The position numbers were made by a program, and so were the translations under genes. Shown here in pieces: positions 19,356 to 27,093 of a stretch of 38,780 nt of DNA (position 1 is the stretch's first letter; each line of letters begins with the position of its first letter). The stretch spans positions 1-38,780 of the forward strand of contig DATCFS010000212.1 in the NCBI GenBank assembly GCA_036509375.1. The letters are read 5' to 3'. Source of the stretch: Acidimicrobiales bacterium. GTDB taxonomy: Bacteria; Actinomycetota; Acidimicrobiia; Acidimicrobiales; RAAP-2. The notes beneath the pieces are model-generated. The model did not search any database. It was not told where the DNA came from and saw only the letters and a program-made list of their open reading frames with translations.

Positions 19356-22300
19356 TTAGTGCCAGTCGCGTGATGGCGTCGTGGCGCCGAGTGAGAGCGG
19401 CTCGACGAACTCAGCCGTGAGCGTCAACGTTCCCTGCCCACGCTGCAGCATTCCTCTGATCACCAACGCCGGTGAGCTTCGCGCGACCAACGACCACCTG
19501 GCCCACGCCCCCTTGGAGAAGATCACGTTGACGTGTCCGGTCTCGTCCTCCAAGTTGATGAAGACCGCACCATTGGCCGTCTCGGGGTGCTGGCGGTGCG
19601 TCACGACACCGGCCACCACGACGCGCGAACTCTCCGCGCCCAACAGCGCGTTCGCGCGCGTGACGCCGCGCGCACTAAGCGACTCGCGCACCAGCGCAAT
19701 GGCCGTGGCCTCGGGGGTGAGTCCCATCGACCACAGGTCGTCGGCGACCCGCTCCATCTCACTGGTCGCCGGCAGCGTCGGCGCCTCCAAGCCCGTCACG
19801 ACGCCCGGCAACCGGTCGAGGGTGCCCTGGGCGGCGGCCCCGGCCGACCAGGCCTGCGCCCGACGAGTCGCACCAAAGGAGTCGAGCGCACCTGCAGCGG
19901 CCAACACCTCGAGGTGATGCTGCTGGGCGCCCGCCCGACGCACGAGGTCCGACGAGTCGCACCACGGCGCACCCTCGACAATGCGCGTGGCCAGTTCGTC
20001 CCCAATCGTGCGCAGGTGCGAGAGACCGAGCCGCACGTCGGGGTCGGTCACGGATCCCTCCAACGTCGCCTCGACGCCCGAGTGGTTCACGTCGGGACGC
20101 TTCACGCGCACGCCGTGACGCTGCGCGTCGGCGACGAGACTCTGCGTCGACCAGAAGCCGAGCGGTTGGGCGTTCAGCATCGAGACGAGGAAGGCCGCCG
20201 GGTAGTGCACCTTCAGCCACGCCGAGCAGTAGACGAGGTGGGCGAAGGAGACCGCGTGCGACTCGGGGAAACCGAAGTTGGAGAAGGCCGCCAACGCGTC
20301 GAAGAGTTGATCGGCCGCTCCCCCGGTGATGCCGTTCTCCGCCATGCCGGCGTAGAAACGACTCTTCAGTTTCATCATGCGCAACTCTGAGCGTTTCGCG
20401 GCCATGGCCTGGCGCAGTTCGTCCGACTCGGCCGGTGAGAAGCCCGCGACCGCAACCGCCATCTCCATCAACTGCTCCTGGAAGAGCGGAACGCCGAGCG
20501 TGCGACGAAGGATGGGCTCGAGTCGCGGGTGCAGGTAGGTGACCGGATCGTCACCCCGGCGACGTCGGATGTAGGGGTTAACGGCGTTGCCCTGGATCGG
20601 GCCGGGCCGGATGATCGCCACCTCGATGACAATGTCGTAGAAGCACCGCGGTTGGATTCGCGGCAACGTCGCCATCTGAGCGCGCGACTCCACTTGGAAA
20701 ACGCCAACGGTGTCGGCCTCGCACAACAGGTCGTAGACGGCATCCTCCTGGGGTAACGCCCCGAGGTCGATCGTAAGGTCGTAGAAGGACTCAACTTGGC
20801 GCACGCAGCGGTGCAGCGCGTCGAGCATGCCCAGTCCCAACAGGTCGAACTTCACGAGTCCAATGGCCGCGCAGTCGTCCTTATCCCACTGCAGGACCGT
20901 GCGCCCGGGCATGCGACCCCACTCAACGGGACAGACCTCGATGACCGGTCGGTCACAGAGCACCATGCCGGCCGAGTGGATGCCGAGGTGCCGAGGACGA
21001 TTCAGCATTTGGCTCGCCATCGTCGTGACCAGTTCGGGCACGTCGGCGCTCGCGGTCATGGTGTGACGGTCGACGCTGTCGCGCAGTTTGTTGGCCTGTT
21101 CTTCGTTGAATCCGAAGGCGCGCGCGACGTCGCGCAGTGCCGAACGGGGACGGTAGGTGATGACGGCGGCCACCTGGGCGGCGTGACGACGGTCGTAGCG
21201 CTCGTAGACGTACTGGATCACCTCTTCACGTCGACCGGATTCAATGTCGACGTCGATGTCGGGCGGACCGTCACGCGCCGGCGAGAGGAACCGTTCGAAG
21301 AAGAGGTTGAGCTTCACCGCGTCGGCGTTGGTGATGCCGAGCGAGAAGCAGACCGCCGAGTTGGCCGCCGAACCACGACCCTGGCAGTAGATGTCGTTGC
21401 GCCGACAGAACTCGGTGATATCCCAGACGGTGAGGAAGTAGCCGGCGAAGCCGAGCGTCTTGATCACGCGTAGTTCGTGATCGATCTGGCGCCACGCGCC
21501 GGGCACCTTCTCGTCACTGCGCGTGCCGTAGCGCTTCGTCGCGCCCTCACTCACGAGTACCTCAAGGTACGACTGCTCGTCGAGGCCGTCGGGGGTCGAA
21601 AACGGCGGGAGATTCGGGGCGACGAGTCGAAGGTCGAAGGCGAGGGCGCTGGCCAGTTCGCCGGCCTGATCAACGACACCGGGCCAGCGTGCGAAACGGC
21701 GACGCTGCTCGGCGTCACTGCGCAAGTGTGCGAGGGGTGAGGCGTTCAGCCACCCCTCCATCTCTTCGAGGCTCTGTCGGGCGCGAAGCGCCGAGAGCAC
21801 GTTGGCGCGCGCGAACGCCTCGGGCGTTGCGTAGTGCACGTTGTTCGTCGCCACGAGCGCAACGTCGCGGCGAACTGCCAGTTCGGCGAGCACGTCATTG
21901 CGCGCGACGTCGTCGGGCGCCCCGTGGTCCCAGATCTCGACCGCCACGTTGTCGCGACCGAAGGCCGTCACCAGACGTTCCAACGCTCGCCCCGCGGCAC
22001 GCGGACCCTCCTCCATCAACGCACGCGTGAGGGGGCCCTTGCGACACCCACTCAACACGAGCCACTCGTGCGCGTTACTGGCGACCTCGTCAAGGGTGAA
22101 GCGTGGGGCACCCTTCTCACCGCGACGTAGGTGGGCCTCGCCGAGCATCGTTGAGAGGTTGCGATAACCGTCGGGCGAACGGGCGAGCAACACCAGGTGC
22201 TCACCGGAGGGATCGTGCACGCCCACGCGGTCGTCCGTGGCGCCGAGGGATACTTCGGTGCCAAAGACCGTGGGCAGCCCGAAGGCCCGCGCCGCTTCGG

Positions 22301-22451
22301 CGAAGCGCACGACACCATAAAAACCGTGGTGGTCAGTGAGCGCCAACCCCGAGAGTCCGAGTCGCGCGCCCTCGGCGGCCAACTCTTCGGGGTCACTCGC
22401 CCCGTCGAGGAAGCTGAAGCCCGAGTGGGCGTGGAGTTCGCCGTAGTGCAT
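19356..22451 (-). CDS. dnaE2: Error-prone DNA polymerase DnaE2 (ImuC)
   Basis: YGELHAHSGFSFLDGAS PHP start, QGRGSAANS, PPDIDVD, KFDLLGLGML, GVFQVESRAQ, GFPESH, OB fold (FINLEDETG), C-terminal SRDWH. ATG 22451 is coupled to the imuB stop (TGATG). Confidence 0.96.
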   Translation of the reverse strand: MHYGELHAHSGFSFLDGASDPEELAAEGARLGLSGLALTDHHGFYGVVRFAEAARAFGLPTVFGTEVSLGATDDRVGVHDPSGEHLVLLARSPDGYRNLSTMLGEAHLRRGEKGAPRFTLDEVASNAHEWLVLSGCRKGPLTRALMEEGPRAAGRALERLVTAFGRDNVAVEIWDHGAPDDVARNDVLAELAVRRDVALVATNNVHYATPEAFARANVLSALRARQSLEEMEGWLNASPLAHLRSDAEQRRRFARWPGVVDQAGELASALAFDLRLVAPNLPPFSTPDGLDEQSYLEVLVSEGATKRYGTRSDEKVPGAWRQIDHELRVIKTLGFAGYFLTVWDITEFCRRNDIYCQGRGSAANSAVCFSLGITNADAVKLNLFFERFLSPARDGPPDIDVDIESGRREEVIQYVYERYDRRHAAQVAAVITYRPRSALRDVARAFGFNEEQANKLRDSVDRHTMTASADVPELVTTMASQMLNRPRHLGIHSAGMVLCDRPVIEVCPVEWGRMPGRTVLQWDKDDCAAIGLVKFDLLGLGMLDALHRCVRQVESFYDLTIDLGALPQEDAVYDLLCEADTVGVFQVESRAQMATLPRIQPRCFYDIVIEVAIIRPGPIQGNAVNPYIRRRRGDDPVTYLHPRLEPILRRTLGVPLFQEQLMEMAVAVAGFSPAESDELRQAMAAKRSELRMMKLKSRFYAGMAENGITGGAADQLFDALAAFSNFGFPESHAVSFAHLVYCSAWLKVHYPAAFLVSMLNAQPLGFWSTQSLVADAQRHGVRVKRPDVNHSGVEATLEGSVTDPDVRLGLSHLRTIGDELATRIVEGAPWCDSSDLVRRAGAQQHHLEVLAAAGALDSFGATRRAQAWSAGAAAQGTLDRLPGVVTGLEAPTLPATSEMERVADDLWSMGLTPEATAIALVRESLSARGVTRANALLGAESSRVVVAGVVTHRQHPETANGAVFINLEDETGHVNVIFSKGAWARWSLVARSSPALVIRGMLQRGQGTLTLTAEFVEPLSLGATTPSRDWH

Positions 22452-23530
22452 CAGTCGTAGATTCCCGCGAGCCACCAACGGCTCGCCTCGGCGCTCAGCA
22501 GCAACGCCTCACCGCTAGCGAGCAGCACCTGGAGGTGCGCGCGGCGGCGGTTGAGCGCCCACCAGCGCTCCACCAACGGCCACGGTCCCGCGTACCACAC
22601 AATCTCGCGGCGCATCTGATTGGAGAACAACAGTGCACGGGGTGTCTCGCTCAAAAACCCGCGCGAGCCCATGACGACCACGTGGTCACTTTCGTCACGC
22701 AGTTGCACCGCCACCGGATGGGCCAAGGTGGTAGCGGGCGAAGGGGCGCGCATCTGTCCGGGCCACGGCGCAACGTCGCGGGCACTCAGGGACGGCGATC
22801 CCCAGGGCACGAGCGCGGCGCGGTCCTCGGGCCCCCGTCCTCCGCGCAGCGACGCGACCACCACGGCGTCGGCGCCGAGTCGACGGCGCACGCGATGCGC
22901 GGCCGCCTCGGCCCGGTCGTCACCGGCGCCGCGTTGACCGAAGAATCCCATCTGCTCGTCGCGCACCTCCTCCTCGCCGCGCAACTGACGAAGACGCCGG
23001 GCCAGTTTGGCGTCGCGCTGCGTGTCGAGTTCGGCGCTCTCGCCGCGGGCCACGCGGTGCAACGCGAGCGCGTGCTTATTGAACCGTTCGGCGACGCGCG
23101 CGGTGTCGAGGTCGGCGAAGGAGCCGACGGTGTGCAGACCGAGTCGCTGGCAGGTCGTCGCGACGTCCTTTCGCCCGAGTACCGAAAGTGGCAGCGACCG
23201 ACGAAATGACGTGGTCGTGCCCGGTGCCAGGACGAGCCCTTTTCGCGCGGCCTCCTCGGCGCAGAACAGCCCGTCGGCAACGCCGAGTGACGAGTCGTGC
23301 CCCGTGACGTCGTAGACGCTGTCGCGCACGATCTTCAGCACCGCGTCGTCACCGCCAAAGAAACGACTCGGCCCCCGAAGCGGCAGCACGAAGAGGTCGA
23401 GTCGGATTGATTCGGTGAAGGGACAGAGGATTGTGAGCGCGTCGAGCAGCGCCAAATGGTCGCGCACGGTCGATCCGTCGGGCAACTCGTCGCTGAGCGC
23501 CTCAATCCAAATAGCGAGGAGCCGCTCCAT
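22451..23530 (-). CDS. imuB: ImuB, inactive Y-family polymerase accessory factor
   Basis: GPSRFFGGD, GVADGLFCA, LGLHTVGSFADL, QMGFF (clamp-binding-like), PWPGQM, AGPWPLVERWW, WWLAGIYD. Lies between imuA' and dnaE2; start moved to ATG 23530. Confidence 0.85.
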   Translation of the reverse strand: MERLLAIWIEALSDELPDGSTVRDHLALLDALTILCPFTESIRLDLFVLPLRGPSRFFGGDDAVLKIVRDSVYDVTGHDSSLGVADGLFCAEEAARKGLVLAPGTTTSFRRSLPLSVLGRKDVATTCQRLGLHTVGSFADLDTARVAERFNKHALALHRVARGESAELDTQRDAKLARRLRQLRGEEEVRDEQMGFFGQRGAGDDRAEAAAHRVRRRLGADAVVVASLRGGRGPEDRAALVPWGSPSLSARDVAPWPGQMRAPSPATTLAHPVAVQLRDESDHVVVMGSRGFLSETPRALLFSNQMRREIVWYAGPWPLVERWWALNRRRAHLQVLLASGEALLLSAEASRWWLAGIYD

Positions 23531-24189
23531 CAGTTGGCCTCGCAGCGGCCTTTTCGATTGGGCAACACCACGACGTGTTCGCCGCAGCGTGCCGCTTCCC
23601 CTCGCCCACCGACGCGCACCGTGAGATAGCGCGCGTCGAGTCGCGATGACGTCGACCACTGCGACTGGGTGATGTCGAAGGAGAGGTCGGCCGGTAGGGG
23701 CCAGAGCGACGCCGGTTCAGCGAGCACGATCAACACCGTCCCTCGTTCGCGCACGCGGTCCATCAGCCGGCGCGCCGAACCGTGCGACGCGCGCGACGGT
23801 GGACGGACAATGAGCAGGTCCACCCCATCGAGCAGGTCGGCCGCCGACTCGGCCCACGCGCCACGCGGACGCGGCACGAACAACACGCGACGCAGGTCGA
23901 CGCCGAGGTCGGCAATGGCGACGACCCCGGGATCGTCGACGCCGACGACCGCGGCCCAGTGACCCCTCGCACTCGATTCGGTGAGGAGACTGAGCGCGAG
24001 GCTGAGCCCGCCCAGTCCCGGCTGCGCCTGCACGACGACGGTCGAACCGCGGCGAAGCCCGCTACCGGGAACGAGAGCACCCCAGGGCTCGCCGAGGGGC
24101 AGCATCCGGCTCTTCGCGAGAGTGACGGGGCGCAGCGTCGCCACCAAATCCTCAGACAATGCAGGGCGATTAGAAGAAAAAGCGAACAT
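23530..24189 (-). CDS. imuA: ImuA'-like RecA-fold mutasome protein
   Basis: GLRRGSTVVV, degenerate P-loop, WAAVVG, LGVDLRRV, LLDGVDL, RERGTVLIV. The start ATG lies within the SOS box. Confidence 0.82.
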   Translation of the reverse strand: MFAFSSNRPALSEDLVATLRPVTLAKSRMLPLGEPWGALVPGSGLRRGSTVVVQAQPGLGGLSLALSLLTESSARGHWAAVVGVDDPGVVAIADLGVDLRRVLFVPRPRGAWAESAADLLDGVDLLIVRPPSRASHGSARRLMDRVRERGTVLIVLAEPASLWPLPADLSFDITQSQWSTSSRLDARYLTVRVGGRGEAARCGEHVVVLPNRKGRCEAN

Positions 24190-24196
24190 ATGTTCG
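24183..24196. promoter_or_regulatory. LexA (SOS) box CGAAC-ATAT-GTTCG
   Basis: Perfect 14-bp palindrome matching the Gram-positive/actinobacterial GAAC-N4-GTTC consensus. Overlaps the imuA' ATG; -10 TACTCT on the minus strand at 24204-24199. Confidence 0.92.
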
Positions 24197-24256
24197 TAAG
24201 AGTAGTGACTCCGTGCGACGTGCGCCAATGGGCCGAAATCGCGCAAGAATAGAGCC

Positions 24257-24964
24257 ATGTGTGGTCGCGTCGCTCTCTTCACCCCACCAGTACGCCTCGC
24301 GCGCTTCCTCGACGCCGCCCTCGCCGCGGGCCTCGATCCCGAGGGACACCACAGTTGGAACGTCGGTCCCCAGCGCCGCCTCTTCGCCGTCACTGAGGGC
24401 ACCGAGGGTCGCGTGCTCGACCGCTACCGCTGGGGTCTGGTGCCTAGTTGGTCCAAGGACCCCAAGATCGGCAACCGACTCTTCAACGCGCGCGGCGAGA
24501 CCGTCGCCGAGAAGCCCTCATTTCGGAGCGCCTTCGCGAAGCGTCCGTGCGTCATCCCCGTCGACGGCTTCTACGAGTGGGACCACCGCAGCGGTCACGT
24601 GAAGCAGCCGAACTTCTTCACGCGCACCGACGGCCAGCTGATGCTCTTCGCCGGACTCTACGAATTCTGGCGCGACCCCGAACAGCCCGACGACGCGGAG
24701 CTGACGAGAACGTGCACGATCATCACCACGACGCCGAGTGAGGACATGGACGAGATTCACGACCGCATGCCGGTGGTACTCAGTCGCGACGACGTCGAGA
24801 CCTGGATAAACGTGAAGGACCACGCACCGGACGAGCGACTCGCGTTATTGCAGCCGGCGCCCGGCGGCACACTCGCGCACTACGACGTCGATAAGGGCGT
24901 CGGTTCCGTGAAGAACGACGGACCCGAGTTGATCGCCCCCTTGGATTCATCGTCACTTTTTTGA
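24257..24964 (+). CDS. SOS response-associated peptidase (SRAP/YedK/HMCES), abasic-site crosslinking protein
   Basis: N-terminal MCGR (catalytic Cys2), WGLVPSW, NARGET, DGFYEW, CTIITT, IHDRMPV. Confidence 0.95.
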   Translation: MCGRVALFTPPVRLARFLDAALAAGLDPEGHHSWNVGPQRRLFAVTEGTEGRVLDRYRWGLVPSWSKDPKIGNRLFNARGETVAEKPSFRSAFAKRPCVIPVDGFYEWDHRSGHVKQPNFFTRTDGQLMLFAGLYEFWRDPEQPDDAELTRTCTIITTTPSEDMDEIHDRMPVVLSRDDVETWINVKDHAPDERLALLQPAPGGTLAHYDVDKGVGSVKNDGPELIAPLDSSSLF

Positions 24965-24979
24965 TTCAGCGCTGATTCA

Positions 24980-25036
24980 GAAAAGCCGAAAACCCCGAGT
25001 GACCAGTGAGTCGAAACTCACCCGCCCCTCGGGGTT
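24980..25036 (-). terminator. 3' terminal stem / intrinsic terminator of the candidate ncRNA
   Basis: AACCCCGAG/CUCGGGGUU 9-bp stem enclosing GUGAGU-UUCG-ACUCAC, followed by UUCGGCUUUUC. May also terminate the convergent SRAP transcript. Confidence 0.5.
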
Positions 25037-25240
25037 CCCGAAGGCACATCATTCGCTAACCCGTGTCGGACAGGCCACCGCATGACGGCTGGCACTTCAC
25101 GTCATTTGTCGTTACGAACTGCGGACCGAACTCCGCTGCCCGTTGGGGGGGTTCTGTTCCTCTTGCGAGGCCCCTCTCCCCTCCTGGTCCGATTCCCCTT
25201 GCGGTTCCTCTTCCCATCGACAGGTGCTACGTGAACTACG
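24980..25240 (-). ncRNA. Candidate ~260-nt structured ncRNA (family unassigned; Ms1/6S-like architecture possible)
   Basis: GCAA and UUCG tetraloop hairpins, nested long-range stems whose wobbles are G-U only on the minus strand, extended -10 TG-G-CACAGT (25255-25247), and a 3' GC stem followed by U-rich sequence. Confidence 0.6.
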
Positions 25241-25544
25241 AGTGATACTGTGCCAGACCTTTGGAGCTGGCGTCGGGTCAAAACGTGATATCAGGAACTT
25301 TTGCCCAAAGTCCGATACGTTTTCCACCGGTTTCTTCTCGATGCGCACAACTAGCAACGATTTAGGCACCTCTTTTCCACAGGTCCCGTTGCCGATCGCA
25401 CACGTGCGGGACACGAAAGGGTCCGCGATTGACGCCAAACCGACTCGTGGTCAACGGCGTCGTGCCGATTCCGAGATGGGTTTCGCTGGCCGCCCGTCGT
25501 AGCCTTCGTCTAATGCGTGACACGTTCTCCACACTTCTCGAAAC

Positions 25545-26414
25545 GTGCACCCGTTGACGATTCTCTTCGCGCTCCTGACGTCGATTACGAATGCTCTCGC
25601 CGTTGCGCTCCAGCACATTGCCAGCACGAGCGACACCAAAAAGTCGTCCGGTTGGAAGTTCATTGCGTATTTGCTTCGCCACCCTCTCTGGCTTCTCGGT
25701 TGGGTGGCGCTCTGCGGTTCGCTCGTCTTTCAGGCGCTCGCCCTGCACTTCGGACCGCTCTCCGAAGTCCAGCCGATCCTCGTCACCGAGCTGGTCGTCG
25801 CTCTCGTGCTGCGACGACTGTGGCTACGCCAGTCCATTCGTTCGGTGACGTGGTTGGCCGCGGTCGCGACCGCTGGCGGCCTCGCGGTCTTTCTTCTCGC
25901 CACGTCACCGACGAGTCGTCCCTTTCTTCCGAAGTCGTCGAGCTGGACGGCGCCTTCACTCGTGTGCGTCGGCGCCGTGCTTCTTCTCGTGGCACTCGCG
26001 CGACGCGGCACACCGGTGCGTAGGGCCGCTCTCTTCGCAACGGCGACGGCGGTGATGTGGGCACTCGAGGCCACGTTCATCAAGGCAACGACGGACACGA
26101 TAAGTTCGCTGGGCCTGTGGGGCGCATTCACGAGGTGGCCGATCTACGCGCTCATCATCGGCGGCATAGTGGGGCTGCTCTGTGAACAGGCCGCGTTACA
26201 CGTCGGTCCCCTCAGCGTGTCGCAGCCGTTCATCGTCATCGTCGACCCGGTCGTGAGCGTCGCCTTGGGCATCTGGCTCTACCACGAACGTCTGCACGCG
26301 GGCTTCCTTCACCTTGGTATTGGTGTCATTGCGTTCATCACGATGTGCGCCGGCATCGTCTCGTTGACCCGAACGGCGCCCGACTCAATGAACGCCGACA
26401 TTCCCCGTCACTGA
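25545..26414 (+). CDS. DMT-superfamily membrane transporter (actinobacterial NIPA-like type)
   Basis: About 9 TM helices; NALAVALQH, LLRHPLWLLG, QALALHFGPLSEVQPILVTEL, QAALHVGPLSVSQP. Confidence 0.82.
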   Translation: MHPLTILFALLTSITNALAVALQHIASTSDTKKSSGWKFIAYLLRHPLWLLGWVALCGSLVFQALALHFGPLSEVQPILVTELVVALVLRRLWLRQSIRSVTWLAAVATAGGLAVFLLATSPTSRPFLPKSSSWTAPSLVCVGAVLLLVALARRGTPVRRAALFATATAVMWALEATFIKATTDTISSLGLWGAFTRWPIYALIIGGIVGLLCEQAALHVGPLSVSQPFIVIVDPVVSVALGIWLYHERLHAGFLHLGIGVIAFITMCAGIVSLTRTAPDSMNADIPRH

Positions 26415-26487
26415 GACACTGGGCACGGGCGAGGCAACGACGTCGCTCTCGCGAGCGGCGAAGTGGTTGCTTCGTTATCATCGAGCC

Positions 26488-26556
26488 ATGACAATGTTCA
26501 CGATGGTCCGCCGTGCCCGCGCCGCAGCCGCGCTGGGGATGGCACCAGCTCTCTAA
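26488..26556 (+). CDS. Candidate leaderless leader peptide MTMFTMVRRARAAAALGMAPAL overlapping the erm-like gene
   Basis: TATCAT (26476-26481)-N6-ATG, the same geometry as other leaderless genes here. 22 codons ending in TAA at 26554-26556; contains R-A-R. Confidence 0.5.
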   Translation: MTMFTMVRRARAAAALGMAPAL

Positions 26557-27064
26557 ACAACGGGCCCGACGCCTGGTCGACGAGGCCGGCATCAGGCGCG
26601 GTGACCTCGTTCTCGATATCGGGGCCGGAACCGGAGCGATTACTGCTCCCCTGGTTCAGCGTGGCGCGAAGGTCATTGCTTTCGAACTCCATCCGAAACG
26701 GGCCGAAGAACTCCGGCAGCGATTCGCGCGTGATCGCGTGACCGTCGTCCAAGCCGACGTCGCCGACCTTCGCCTTCCGAAACGGCCATTCCACGTCGTC
26801 GCCAATCCGCCCTTCGGCGTCACGGTCGCAATACTTCGACGCTTGACCTCGCCACACAGTCGACTCGTTCGAGCCGACCTCATCGTCCCGCGCCACACGG
26901 CCGAGCGATGGGTCTACGGCAATCCGCCCGGTGCGCGCCGGTGGCGAAAGGAGTTCAGTTGTTCCCTCGGTCCGGTGCTGAGTCGCTCGGCGTTGAGCCC
27001 TCCCCCGCCTCACGACGTCGCGATCCTCGTAATCCGAAAGGTTGGACTGCGCACTCCACGGTAG
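26513..27064 (+). CDS. Erm(37)/Erm(41)-like short 23S rRNA adenine N6-methyltransferase (KsgA/Erm family)
   Basis: WGWHQL N-terminus, VLDIGAGTGAIT (SAM), ELHPKR, LPKRPFHVVANPPF, PPPPHDVAILVIR. 183 aa with no C-terminal helical domain, recognisably like mycobacterial Erm(37). Confidence 0.82.
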   Translation: MPAPQPRWGWHQLSKQRARRLVDEAGIRRGDLVLDIGAGTGAITAPLVQRGAKVIAFELHPKRAEELRQRFARDRVTVVQADVADLRLPKRPFHVVANPPFGVTVAILRRLTSPHSRLVRADLIVPRHTAERWVYGNPPGARRWRKEFSCSLGPVLSRSALSPPPPHDVAILVIRKVGLRTPR

Positions 27065-27093
27065 ATCTCGCCAACAGTTGATTGACCGTGGCG

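Noticed and set aside
24190-24402. N-terminal extension of imuA' given by the ORF track (similar extensions for imuB, dnaE2, ychF, ahcY, thioesterase, padR)
   Set aside because: They overlap neighbouring genes or promoters. Downstream starts fit the SD, leaderless or coupling signals and family N-termini.
25056-25217. 53-codon minus-strand ORF MGRGTARGIGPGGERG... and other ORFs in 25063-25502
   Set aside because: No SD or leaderless geometry, atypical purine-rich codons, no motifs. RNA structure explains the sequence better.
24980-25240. tmRNA, RNase P, SRP or tRNA identity for the structured element
   Set aside because: No tRNA-like ends or T-loop, no GAGGAAAGUCC, and no SRP GCAGG/AGCAG-type loop.
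25400-25470. c-di-GMP-I riboswitch-like look (GAAA-capped stem 25406-25426, GACGCCAAACC, stem GACGCC/GGCGTC)
   Set aside because: Lacks the GGCAAAC element and tetraloop receptor, and lies upstream of the likely DMT promoter. An Rfam scan would settle it.
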